DNA of 64,000 nt from Candidatus Caccopulliclostridium gallistercoris. Its GTDB lineage: Bacteria > Bacillota > Clostridia > Christensenellales > UBA1242. Within the stretch, counting starts at the first letter, position 1; every line of letters starts with the position of its first letter. The notes beneath the pieces are model-generated. The model searched no databases. It worked only from the letters and a program-made list of their open reading frames with translations, and was not told where the DNA came from. A program made the translations under genes and the position numbers. This document shows positions 55,301 to 62,990 of this stretch, in pieces. The stretch spans positions 19,881-83,880 of the forward strand of contig DVOJ01000004.1 in the NCBI GenBank assembly GCA_018713725.1. The letters are read 5' to 3'.

Positions 55301-58300
55301 CGTGTTAGTTATAAATTCTACTATAAATTATCCACAAAATTCTGTTGGTTATGATGTGGAAATAGATTGTTACGGTCAAAAGACTATAGACGGAAGAGTT
55401 TATACAAGTGGTGTAAGAACGCTTCGTTTAACAATTGTAGATTACGTAATTCTATCCGACAATATAGTTCCTTATTCTTTCCAAGATAACAACCAAAACG
55501 CAAATATCGTTATTAGAGATGCAGAATCGGAGACTGTAAACGTATCCATTGGCAATAGAACGGACTTGGCTGTTCAATTTGTAAATGGCAATACAATAGA
55601 ATATAATACACAAGACGTTAACATTGTTCAAAGAGTTACAGCACTTGAACAAACGTTAGCGCAAAACGGCAGATGGTTTATTACAGACATAAGCACGGGC
55701 GATAGAATTGAAATAGGGCAAAATAGCCTTCCAAGCAATATGTATTATAGAATGGAATATAACACATCTAGCAATTTATACAGCATTATTCCACTCTACA
55801 TAAATAGCGCGGATAATACAAATTACTATTTAAGCTTTGAAGTGTACTACACTTATAGAAACGGTGCTGTGCAAGTAGTTCAAGCTAGCGAAAGTGAAGA
55901 TTATGAAAACTTTAACACAGATTTCTTAATTGAAGCTTATCAAAGTGGTAACGAAAACAATGAGATTCCTATTTCAAACTATAGCGAACTTATGAACATG
56001 CAAGCTGGTGCGTACTACATTCTTGTAGACGATATAACACTTGAAGAAGGCTTTACACCTATAACTACTGCAATAGCAGGCTTTAATGGTAATGGTCACA
56101 CAATTACGTTTAGAGCAAATTGGAGTGTGGACGGTCTTCAATATGTAGGTTTATTTGACGTAATTCAAGAAAACGCATTAGTTAGAAACTTAAAACTTGC
56201 TTTCAACAGTTCTGCTAACACAAATATAACGGTTACAAACACAAATGAAACAAGCTACTTTGGTTTCCTTGCAGGTAGAAACTTAGGTGCTATAACAAAC
56301 TGCGAACTTGTTTCTACGGAAAATAACGTTTACGTTTCTATGAATCCAAATTCAAATACCACAACTTATGTGGCAGGCTTAGTAGGCTTAAATGAAGGCT
56401 ATATTAGCAACTCCCGAGTTGTAACAAACTTAGTAGTAAGAAGGTCTAATTTAGCTGGGCTTGTAGGTGTGAACGAAGGTAGCATAGCAAGTAGCTATGT
56501 AAAAGATTCTAACCTAACAAACGAAAGCACAATTTCTAGCACAAATAAAACTGCTGGGCTTGTTGTGGAAAACGGAACGTCTATTAGCTCCGACGTTGAA
56601 GTAGGCGGGCTTGACACTCCACAAATTTTAACAAGCTTTGTTTCTGGAACGGATTCTAGTTACATCTATGCAGATGAAGTGAACAAAATTTGGTCTAACG
56701 TAGAAGTGTCGGGCTTTGTATACAACAACTTTGGTGCTATATCAGATTGTTATTCAAACGTTCCTATTAACTCACAATCAGTTCGTGCGGGCTTTGCATT
56801 TAACAATGCGGGCGTTATACAGAACAGTTATTCAACAAGCACATTCCTAAGCCAAAACAGCCAAACAGACTATGGTTTTGTTTATATGAATAGCTCCTCA
56901 AATCAAGCTGGAACTATAAAGGACTGTAATTACTTATTAGGAAATAAAAACAACGGCATATTTGTTTCCAACATTGAAGGCTTACAGGCTTTAACAGAAC
57001 TTGATTTTAGCAATCAAAATTACTTTGCAACCTTTGCCATGTCGGAACAGACGGAAAAGACGAAGGGCGTATGGTTCTATCCAAACGCAAGTGAAGAAGA
57101 CGACTTCAAGTTAAACGGCGAGTCTCAAAGCTTTACTTATGGCAGACCAGAACTAGTTGCACCTAATATTATAGTAAATACTAGTCAGGTGCTTGAAGGC
57201 TCTACCACAGATACTTCTACCGGAGAAGAGATATATCACTACTCTGGTGGAGAAGAGCAGGGTTCTAAATATAATCCGTATATTATAACTTCGGCTCAAA
57301 ACTTTGAAGGTAGAATTCTTGAAACTAACGTAAATAATAGGAACAACAAGTATTACAGATTTGTTAAAAATATAGACTATGAAGCAGAAAGAATTCTTTC
57401 ATCAGCTCTATATAAAACTACCTTTATTGGAGATATAGAAGGTAACGGCGTTACAATATCTGGGCTTGTTATAGATACTCGTGAGAACTTAAACTACGGC
57501 GGACTTTTTGCAAAGGTTGGAGAAGGACTTGCCTATGTTGGTTCAATTAAAAACTTAAATGTAAACCCTAAATATATCAACATGCCTAACACGTCGGCAG
57601 TGGGAACTGTTGCCGGAGCGCTTGAAGGCGGATTCTTATTCAATGTTAAAGTAAATGGCTACGAATACGACACAAACGGCATAGTTATAGTAGGAAGAAA
57701 TGCTGTGGGCGGCGTAGTTGGTATTGCGTTAAATACATATAAAATGTATAATGTAGAAAGCTCAGTTTCTGCAAGCGCAACGTACCGCTCTATAAACGCA
57801 GGCAATTCATTCAGATTCTACTCGCCATATTCTGGTAGCATTACAGGCATATCCTATGCCGGTGTTATAGCTGGAATTATAGAAGGCGAAGGTAGAGTTC
57901 GCTATGTAAACGTTACGGAAACGGCAAGAGCGCTTGGTGAAGTTGCAGGATTATACTTTGGTAGAATTGGCACTAACTCCAATGTATCTAATTTAGATAT
58001 AGAACTAGTTTCTGGGCAGTTTGTAAATGCGGCTTATTATGGCGGCGTTTTAGCGGGCGAAGTTGCAGGCGTTGTAGATAACATAACAATCACAGGTAGC
58101 TCGGCAAACTTCTTTAGGTACGTACCTAGCGTTCCATCAGCAGTTGGTGGCGTGGCTGGATATATGTCTAACGGTAGCATTCAAAACGTTAACGTATATG
58201 TAGACCTAGTGTTCCCAAGCATTCAAGTTGTTGGCGGCGTGGTTGGAGAAATGATAGGCGGCACAATTTCTAACGCGCATAAAACAGGCGCTATTACATC

Positions 58301-59102
58301 TATGGCAATAGCGGGCGGAATTGTTGGCTATTTAAACGAAAGTTGTCTTAACGATTCAACGGTAACAAAACGTAATGTTACCATAGAAAATTCAAGAGTT
58401 ACAAACGGTAGCGTTGCAGTATCTAACGATAACTTCCTATCCGCATATGTAGGTGGAATTGTTGGATTAAACGAATATGACGACGACGTTGAAATAATTC
58501 CAGAAACTTATCCAGAGCGTGAAATTGTTAACTGCTATGCCGAAGTTTCACTTGAAATTCGCTCAACTATGTATAACGGCTTAATGAATGCTGCTATGGG
58601 CGGAATTGTAGGCGCGTCTTACGACGATTCCACAAGAACGCAAAATAGTTCAAGCGGTATTGCAATTTATAACAACGATTTCAAAAACGTATATATGCCA
58701 GAAAGTTCAATTAGTGAAGATTACCAAACCGCTAGCGGCGAACTTGTTTATTTTAGTAGTAATTGTACTTATACTATAAACATTCAAAACTATCGTGACG
58801 GCGGACAGATAAACGTATACTACGGCGGCATAATTGGTCTTGGCAATGTGTATGCTTCAAGGCTATTAGTCTCAGGCGATAGCTACACACTTCAAACAAA
58901 TAATGATATTTACTATTATTTTGAAAGTGCTCTTGATGAAGACGGAATAGAACGTAGAGATTTAACCCACACTACAAGTATTATTAATTTCACTATTTGG
59001 GAAGCTGGAGACCCCGAATTTAAAAATATTCAGGAGACTGATATTGTAGTTGAAGGACAATATAATAATAAAACGCTTGTTGAAATTGAAGCGGGCAATT
59101 AA
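49350..59102 (+). CDS. Giant surface lipoprotein paralog (3250 aa): Ig-like arrays plus three GLUG-type modules
   Basis: Lipobox LTAC (Cys23, 49416-49418) followed by the same CGDPY as the upstream gene. Module caps lie near 52369 (HPIYINSAEEF), 55957 and 57271. Starts 23 nt after the upstream stop, with SD aggag. Confidence 0.85.
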   Translation: MKKLFGVLCGVILAVSGLLLTACGDPYQNMTIVTDFTTLEMSVGEERQLTVSVEGISGSVSSEVDLSPDGDFVTVVSSERLNAGRTRFTLKALSVGEGSILVTTKEGRKTASVQVRVSENIQSFSRNSSNAFIVREDGYEMNLSPNNLFNFTPSATSQTDLNYFYTVGDIDYEVDRIVSETVLEDEQEVLYVRVYTAGGDVFNVLGTNFTLRAVSAYNSSLTQTFTVDIIEDIEVDALRLVERGGLGIANPVTIVQKGETAGDGEVANLELVSNDATRANAVVELTLNSSAENVEVTWSSGFSIVENETPQDAENTFSFRVQTVYVGEDTLTITLKYADYEGYEVKLEYAINIVSAPNSISVNELEDNEKIQLYDNNYNVTIASVSLTPIIYSTDSTFTRVLVDFCDANGNRIDNWTDYLTLSYQNISRVPNENGYVVLSASDFQNNALRSPLTLLGKKVYDGTDGIYIRFEVSSEYISAGDYVQKTYEIEIVPGAEEFEVNYPINQDKIYLDLNAEDPVKVFDGFTVSSSTSENVYIGLFTYRYSNANYFTVEQVIEDGEPQLAVKITPLAVGSGGRVTIYLPNGRSAVLNVDVEASVTSQSFGVEMNDNIVSFQEDALTNTFNMTLMDRKNYAETMFRFLVSPTVATLYSGKIDYTVDDTEMASFECEYSNLTNVITFIPYLADGVYVSEFTIKFTVTLEKIEDFVISDETQTIEYTVNVKCYVPIASLSFSQEDSSGNFQSVSRLPIYNLYAGEGGVGYYYGITNNYSRILVYPTVTLSSGVTLKEDELIEYINAVDNNTSYYFRSSIEEGNLNVVDGISQGADETEYSNKLLNFGSYNIDQNDLSLRVICNSETIASDTRDYWFSFNLNLMGIDYYTVITLELQDFTRLNSIGLYDYQSTIYLDDRNTSYSSGYFINPTEADCREFDLKFIPDDTTNINIISTTKTDTEISIYYNSTYGAGSGRLYFVPKDWYTTDEDEANDFIENSSDLQYITIIASNGTEEHPIYINSAEEFIEMASSTEGLSRHYAISTIIDFSGINLTTFGVFRGSIVGTNSSAGITNLTITNPRAIGEESYLGLFAYIEEGAYIENLTISGKLVSNSTNAKYIGLICGENRGGIRNVSVSLLNDTSKNERLSVNSEGNVYIGIIAGRSSGNITNSNGKYLVNVRDSFNVINANALQTGAIGVYVGGVVGYNTGNVTLNDSSYSVTGENDFTFKGNLRATNAKAVGGVAGINAGILSGLKTSGSVINTESGENVGGLAGLNAYIDNETNQNLAGTIENSLTRTYVEASNFVGGLAGKNTFSSDATNDVTGVIQNNIIQLTFDGELKHLICARAGENAYTFAGDDTAESLAASNKAYYYEQFPEVDPETGRYTNGPIYFLSEVNGLDYKMGAFEFAVETIEIDANKSFNLLASENEEATDVVSYLFYYLAENASYQSLITELNIQDFQNFPIQFVNPENINLYSGNTKILTFEEDGKIRLWGTGLVEITATSILNTSIRKTVYVYVFNYAENFNIKLYNDTYLSNDSTSYIGINIGKSIELNLEYSAPDITSVNGQPITDEYGIPIAVELVKNTDFTANVTITVDETEQNYISSSLIGQSLLLRADSDYDGPIDLNVTPKYQFQVNGNNYNLDFAFLKNSNEYNAIIRVEKGTTEILLNTAEISIEPTDEFTVSLERWITDDENDYIEISFAKVGETGTDASLFNILSSTLTAETIENTNRVIYRYSDSIKPSFTFRFNYFNHSTNYEGVYYINFTAENGYRQTLVVNIGTQSITNITYKNYYDIDVSNFNNTAEPLSDVSPDGDNLLEILVYPNIADYDYIEITNSEENYSNGNEAIFSLSEINDENQVVDIFGAESIDGGIRIPKSRINQDGKIYVKYNISSKAQDGSQAVFNITAYKDGVIQKTTSCPVRVRIKDGVYVTIIGKEDAIQGESVFVAKGLTYNLDVQIVGFEQDEVHFDSTNEQYASIRNIDGNFVLVINSTINYPQNSVGYDVEIDCYGQKTIDGRVYTSGVRTLRLTIVDYVILSDNIVPYSFQDNNQNANIVIRDAESETVNVSIGNRTDLAVQFVNGNTIEYNTQDVNIVQRVTALEQTLAQNGRWFITDISTGDRIEIGQNSLPSNMYYRMEYNTSSNLYSIIPLYINSADNTNYYLSFEVYYTYRNGAVQVVQASESEDYENFNTDFLIEAYQSGNENNEIPISNYSELMNMQAGAYYILVDDITLEEGFTPITTAIAGFNGNGHTITFRANWSVDGLQYVGLFDVIQENALVRNLKLAFNSSANTNITVTNTNETSYFGFLAGRNLGAITNCELVSTENNVYVSMNPNSNTTTYVAGLVGLNEGYISNSRVVTNLVVRRSNLAGLVGVNEGSIASSYVKDSNLTNESTISSTNKTAGLVVENGTSISSDVEVGGLDTPQILTSFVSGTDSSYIYADEVNKIWSNVEVSGFVYNNFGAISDCYSNVPINSQSVRAGFAFNNAGVIQNSYSTSTFLSQNSQTDYGFVYMNSSSNQAGTIKDCNYLLGNKNNGIFVSNIEGLQALTELDFSNQNYFATFAMSEQTEKTKGVWFYPNASEEDDFKLNGESQSFTYGRPELVAPNIIVNTSQVLEGSTTDTSTGEEIYHYSGGEEQGSKYNPYIITSAQNFEGRILETNVNNRNNKYYRFVKNIDYEAERILSSALYKTTFIGDIEGNGVTISGLVIDTRENLNYGGLFAKVGEGLAYVGSIKNLNVNPKYINMPNTSAVGTVAGALEGGFLFNVKVNGYEYDTNGIVIVGRNAVGGVVGIALNTYKMYNVESSVSASATYRSINAGNSFRFYSPYSGSITGISYAGVIAGIIEGEGRVRYVNVTETARALGEVAGLYFGRIGTNSNVSNLDIELVSGQFVNAAYYGGVLAGEVAGVVDNITITGSSANFFRYVPSVPSAVGGVAGYMSNGSIQNVNVYVDLVFPSIQVVGGVVGEMIGGTISNAHKTGAITSMAIAGGIVGYLNESCLNDSTVTKRNVTIENSRVTNGSVAVSNDNFLSAYVGGIVGLNEYDDDVEIIPETYPEREIVNCYAEVSLEIRSTMYNGLMNAAMGGIVGASYDDSTRTQNSSSGIAIYNNDFKNVYMPESSISEDYQTASGELVYFSSNCTYTINIQNYRDGGQINVYYGGIIGLGNVYASRLLVSGDSYTLQTNNDIYYYFESALDEDGIERRDLTHTTSIINFTIWEAGDPEFKNIQETDIVVEGQYNNKTLVEIEAGN

Positions 59103-59103
59103 T

Positions 59104-59131
59104 AAAAATCCACCATTTAGGTGGATTTTTT
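59104..59131. terminator. Bidirectional rho-independent terminator
   Basis: aaaaatccacc-attta-ggtggattttt. Confidence 0.85.
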
Positions 59132-59136
59132 ATATA

Positions 59137-60366
59137 TTAAAACTTATTTACCAAATTTAAAACTTTTGCTTTTACTGTATCTACTGAGCTTTCTCCATTT
59201 TTTACAAGTTCATATATAAAGCTTGCAATTTGTTTCATCTCTTCTTCTTTCATACCTCTTGTGGTAACGGCAGGGGTTCCTAGCCTAATTCCGCTAGTTA
59301 TGCTAAGCGGTTGCTTTTCATTCGGTATGCCGTTTTTATTGCAAGTTATGTTTGCCTTGTGTAACAAATTCGCCACATCTCTTCCGTTTGCATTAAACGG
59401 CGTTAAATCTACAAGAAGCAGGTGGTTATCTGTGCCGCCGGATACAAGTTTAAAGCCATATTTTAAAAGCTCGTCGCCTAAAACTTTTGCGTTTTTAACT
59501 ACTTGCTTTTGGTATTCTTTAAATTCCGGGCTAAACGCTTCTTTTAACATAACGGCTTTTGCGGCTATCACGTGTTCAAGCGGTCCGCCTTGAAGGCAAG
59601 GGAACACTGCTTTATCAATAATTTTAGCATATTCTTTTTTACAAAGTATCATGCCGCCGCGTGGTCCCCTTAAAGTTTTATGCGTTGTTGTGGTTACAAA
59701 ATCTGCGTAAGGAATAGGGGAAGGGTGGACGCCTGCGGCAACAAGCCCAGCTATGTGTGCCATGTCTACCATAAGCTTAGCGTTTACTTTGTCTGCTATT
59801 TCTCTAAACCTTTTAAAATCTATAAATCTTGAATATGCGCTACCGCCAGCCACTATTAGCTTTGGCTTATGTTTTAAAGCCAAACGTTCAATCTCGTCGT
59901 AGTCTAAAAGTTCTGTTTCAGCGTTTAAGCCGTAAGGAACGCAATTAAAAATTTTTCCCGAAACGTTAAAAGGTGCGCCATGTGAAAGATGTCCGCCAGC
60001 CGTTAAACTCATGCCCATAAAGGTGTCGCCAGCGTTAAGGCAGGCTAAAAACACGGCTAAGTTTGCGTTAGAGCCAGAGTGTGGTTGCACATTTGCGTGT
60101 TCTGCATTAAATAGTACTTTCGCACGTTCTATGGCTAAGCTTTCTATTTCGTCTATATTTTCACAACCATTGTAATACCTTGCATTTGGATAGCCTTCGG
60201 CATATTTATTTGTCAAGCAGCTGCCCATAGCTTCTAGCACGGCTTTGGAAACAAAATTTTCACTTGCTATAAGCTCTATGTGGTCGTTTTGCCTTTGTTC
60301 TTCTTTTTTTATTGAATTATAAACTTCTATATCTACTTTGCTTAAACTTCTACTGTCTACGTTCAT
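59137..60366 (-). CDS. glyA: Serine hydroxymethyltransferase
   Basis: [21 protein letters not shown] and [13 protein letters not shown] (PLP Lys). Start set at ATG 60366 (SD ggaggg). Confidence 0.95.
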   Translation of the reverse strand: MNVDSRSLSKVDIEVYNSIKKEEQRQNDHIELIASENFVSKAVLEAMGSCLTNKYAEGYPNARYYNGCENIDEIESLAIERAKVLFNAEHANVQPHSGSNANLAVFLACLNAGDTFMGMSLTAGGHLSHGAPFNVSGKIFNCVPYGLNAETELLDYDEIERLALKHKPKLIVAGGSAYSRFIDFKRFREIADKVNAKLMVDMAHIAGLVAAGVHPSPIPYADFVTTTTHKTLRGPRGGMILCKKEYAKIIDKAVFPCLQGGPLEHVIAAKAVMLKEAFSPEFKEYQKQVVKNAKVLGDELLKYGFKLVSGGTDNHLLLVDLTPFNANGRDVANLLHKANITCNKNGIPNEKQPLSITSGIRLGTPAVTTRGMKEEEMKQIASFIYELVKNGESSVDTVKAKVLNLVNKF

Positions 60367-60430
60367 TTTTCCCTCCAAATTTTAAAGATTATAGCATTTT
60401 AAACAAAGTTTTCAAAGCATTTTAAAACGT

Positions 60431-60459
60431 TTGCTATTTTAAAAAATTTTTGCTATTAT
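60431..60459 (+). promoter_or_regulatory. Promoter TTGCTA-17-TATTAT ending 6 nt before ATG 60466 (leaderless candidate)
   Basis: ttgcta at 60431-60436, tattat at 60454-60459. No SD. Confidence 0.45.
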
Positions 60460-60465
60460 ATTTTT

Positions 60466-61296
60466 ATGGCAGTATTTGACGGCAAAGCCTTGGCAATGCT
60501 CATTAAAAGCCAAGTTGCAGAAGAAGTTAAAAAACTGAATAAAAAATTAAAGCTTGCAGTAATTTTAGTAGGGCAAAATCCTGCAAGTGAACTTTATGTG
60601 CGCAATAAAGAAAAGGCTTGTAGTGACGTTGGAATAGACTTTGAACTTATTCGTTTTGCTGAAATTTGCAAACAAGCGGACGTCGTTAAAAAGATAAAGG
60701 AACTAAACAGAAAACCCGAAGTTAGTGCTATTCTTGTTCAACTTCCACTTCCAAAACATTTAAACGAAAGGGAAATAATAGATACTATTAGCCCTGATAA
60801 AGATGTAGATTGCTTAACACAGGCAAACTTTGGAAAGCTTGCCCTTGGGCTCTCAGATTTTGCGCCCTGCACGGCAGCTGGTGTGCTAGAAATTTTAAAG
60901 GCAAGCCAAATTGCTATTCAAGGTAAAAGGGTTGCCGTTGTTGGAAGAAGTGCACTTGTTGGGCTTCCTACTGCGCATCTTCTTACTAAAAATAATGCAA
61001 CCGTGGCACTTTGCCACTCAAAAACGCAAAAACTTAAAAAAATAACTAAAAAAGCGGATATTTTAGTAGTTGCAATTGGAAAACCTAAGTTTATCACAAA
61101 AAAATATGTTAAAAAGCACGCTGTGGTAATAGATGTTGGTATAAATAAGGTAGATGGCAAAATTTGCGGAGATGTAGACTTTGAAAAGGTAAAAAAGAAG
61201 GCGCACCTAATAACTCCAGTTCCTGGCGGCGTTGGACAAATAACTGTTTCCATGCTACTTAAAAATATTTTATTACTAAATTTAGAAAAAAAGTGA
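60466..61296 (+). CDS. folD: Bifunctional methylenetetrahydrofolate dehydrogenase/cyclohydrolase
   Basis: LAVILVGQNPAS..YVRNK, VQLPLP, VVGRSALVG.P and TPVPGGVG. Confidence 0.93.
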   Translation: MAVFDGKALAMLIKSQVAEEVKKLNKKLKLAVILVGQNPASELYVRNKEKACSDVGIDFELIRFAEICKQADVVKKIKELNRKPEVSAILVQLPLPKHLNEREIIDTISPDKDVDCLTQANFGKLALGLSDFAPCTAAGVLEILKASQIAIQGKRVAVVGRSALVGLPTAHLLTKNNATVALCHSKTQKLKKITKKADILVVAIGKPKFITKKYVKKHAVVIDVGINKVDGKICGDVDFEKVKKKAHLITPVPGGVGQITVSMLLKNILLLNLEKK

Positions 61297-61359
61297 AAAA
61301 TCCCTTTGTATTTTCAATTAAAATGTATATAATAAGTAAAAGGGGAGGTTTGTAAGGTA

Positions 61360-61989
61360 ATGAAAAAGTTTAAACTCATATCTTCCATAACGGTAATAGT
61401 GTTAGTTTTAGCTGTAATATGCCTAGGCATTGTTATGGCAATTTTTCCACAAAATGGCATAACTAACTCAGTAACGTTTTTACCCGAACAAAATATTGAA
61501 ATGAACGTAGTTTGTGAAGCTACTTGGGCAATCGGTGGCGAAACAGGTGGTAAGGATCCGTCGATTACAATATCAATAGATGCTGAAGGAAACATTCACC
61601 CGAGCAATCGTTGGGACGCTCCGGATATCAATTTCAACAACGTTATACCAGACACAAATGAAGTTGTTATGACGTTCTCTTTTACGAACACATCAAGCGA
61701 CCCAAATAACGTACTTAATATCTCTTTTAGAGACATTGTTTCTGATAGCAAAAACACACTTTATGCTAGTGACCCAAGGTTTACAGCGGAAGTTCAAGTT
61801 GAAGACGGGGAAAGAACTGTTGTAGCAGCTGACCAAGAAAATGGTGCAGACGTAGTGCTTGAAGTTCCATCAGGGCAAACGGCAACGTTAAACATTTATT
61901 ACATTTTACATAGGCAGAATGAGAACATAAATGTTAATCAAAACATTCAAATAAACATTGGCGTTGTAGATGGTGCAGAACAAAACTAA
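61360..61989 (+). CDS. Secreted protein, paralogous to the N-domain of the 9759 protein (possible TasA/camelysin-like fold)
   Basis: Signal/anchor MKKFKLISSITVIVLVLAVICLGIVMA. RWDAPDINFNN...VVMTFSFTNTS parallels TWAIGDINFTN...VVIYEFIFKNYS. Confidence 0.55.
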   Translation: MKKFKLISSITVIVLVLAVICLGIVMAIFPQNGITNSVTFLPEQNIEMNVVCEATWAIGGETGGKDPSITISIDAEGNIHPSNRWDAPDINFNNVIPDTNEVVMTFSFTNTSSDPNNVLNISFRDIVSDSKNTLYASDPRFTAEVQVEDGERTVVAADQENGADVVLEVPSGQTATLNIYYILHRQNENINVNQNIQINIGVVDGAEQN

Positions 61990-62002
61990 ATTAAAAATTA
62001 TA

Positions 62003-62031
62003 TTGACACAGCCTTAGGGCTGTGTTAATAT
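62003..62031 (+). promoter_or_regulatory. Promoter TTGACA-17-TAATAT; the spacer is itself a hairpin (acacagcc/ggctgtgt)
   Basis: ttgaca at 62003-62008, taatat at 62026-62031. Would drive a roughly 360-nt leader into tRNA-Arg. Confidence 0.45.
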
Positions 62032-62043
62032 ATGAAGTGTGAT

Positions 62044-62242
62044 TTGCTCGGCACGTTTGCCTTTTAGCTTGTTTTGCTAGCGCAAAAGCGGCGCATTTAC
62101 GGCAAAAGCCTGCGCGCCCCAAAAATTAAAATTTTCGGGGACCCCACACCTTCTGTTCCTTTTAGGTGTAAAAGAGTAAGGAAGAAAAAATTTAATATGC
62201 GTTCATAGCTCATGCAGGACAAGAGCGTCTGTCTACAAAAGC
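62044..62242 (+). repeat. Tandem repeat copy A (about 199 bp) including a degenerate tRNA-Arg 5' half
   Basis: Aligns base-for-base with 62243-62436 apart from scattered substitutions and 1-2 indels. Confidence 0.8.
62199..62236 (+). pseudogene. Pseudo-tRNA-Arg 5' half (acceptor 5' strand to anticodon loop, D-loop altered)
   Basis: gcgttcatagctcATGCAGGACAagagcgtctgtctac versus the genuine gcgttcatagctcAGCTGGATagagcgtctgtctac. Confidence 0.6.
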
Positions 62243-62436
62243 TTGCTCGGCTTATTTGCCTTTTAGCTTGTTTTGCTAGCGCAAAAGCGTCGCATTTATG
62301 GCAAATGCCTGCGCACCCCAAAAATTAAAAATTTTCGGGGACCAAAAACCTTCTGCTTCCTTATAGGTGTAAAAGAGTAAGGAAGAAAAAATTTAATATG
62401 CGTTCATAGCTCAGCTGGATAGAGCGTCTGTCTACG
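62243..62436 (+). repeat. Tandem repeat copy B, running into the genuine tRNA-Arg
   Basis: See copy A. Confidence 0.8.
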
Positions 62437-62476
62437 GAACAGAAGGTCGGGAGTTCGAATCTCTCTGGACGCACCA
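62400..62476 (+). tRNA. tRNA-Arg (anticodon ACG), CCA encoded
   Basis: GCGTTCA-TA-GCTC-AGCTGGATA-GAGC-G-TCTGT-CTACGGA-ACAGA-AGGTC-GGGAG-TTCGAAT-CTCTC-TGGACGC-ACCA. Confidence 0.9.
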
Positions 62477-62491
62477 AGTTTTAAGGGGTAT

Positions 62492-62944
62492 ATGGAAAAC
62501 TTATTCGATAATATAATTGAAAAAGACGAACAGATTATTAAAGTTATTAAACCTAATAAAGCAAGGTATTGGAAGGACGTTTTAGTTTTCTTTATAATTC
62601 CTATTCTTTGGCCGGCTTTAATAATGATGTTAGTTTTTACTTTATTTACTGCACCATTCTTTTATGCCCGTGGCTATAAAAATCTATGTTATGCATACAC
62701 AAATAAAAGGTTGATTGTTAGAAGTGGCATTTGGGGAGTTGACTTTCAAAGCTTAGAATATAAGGATATAACGTCAACTTCTGTAAGCGTAGGGTTTTTA
62801 GATAAAGGCGGAAAAACTGGCACGTTAGTTTTTGTTAGCCCTAGTACGCATAATAATATGGCTATCAAATTTCAATTTATAGAAAAACCTTATGAAACAA
62901 TGAAAGAGATTAAAGAATATATTAGCGAAAATAATAAAGCCTAA
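62492..62944 (+). CDS. Bacterial PH-domain (bPH_2/YdbS-like) membrane protein
   Basis: Two TM helices followed by YAYTNKRLIVRSGIWGVDFQSLEYKDITS, typical of this family. Confidence 0.65.
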   Translation: MENLFDNIIEKDEQIIKVIKPNKARYWKDVLVFFIIPILWPALIMMLVFTLFTAPFFYARGYKNLCYAYTNKRLIVRSGIWGVDFQSLEYKDITSTSVSVGFLDKGGKTGTLVFVSPSTHNNMAIKFQFIEKPYETMKEIKEYISENNKA

Positions 62945-62958
62945 TAAATTGTAAGTAT

Positions 62959-62988
62959 AAAAACTAGCACTAAAAGTGCTAGTTTTTT
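62959..62988. terminator. Bidirectional rho-independent terminator
   Basis: aaaactagcac-taaaa-gtgctagtttt followed by tt. Confidence 0.85.
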
Positions 62989-62990
62989 AA

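Noticed and set aside
32284-59102. Diversity-generating retroelement, invertible promoter, or near-identical DNA repeats driving variation of the giant genes
   Set aside because: No reverse transcriptase, template repeat, recombinase or flanking inverted repeats are visible. The two paralogs are diverged at the DNA level even where the proteins are similar.
62097-62321. 74-aa minus-strand ORF
   Set aside because: It lies entirely in the tandem repeat and pseudo-tRNA region. It is repeat-derived and has no translation signals.
62394-62399. TAATAT directly abutting tRNA-Arg as its promoter -10
   Set aside because: A start 6-8 nt downstream would fall inside the mature tRNA. The upstream promoter at 62003-62031 is more plausible.
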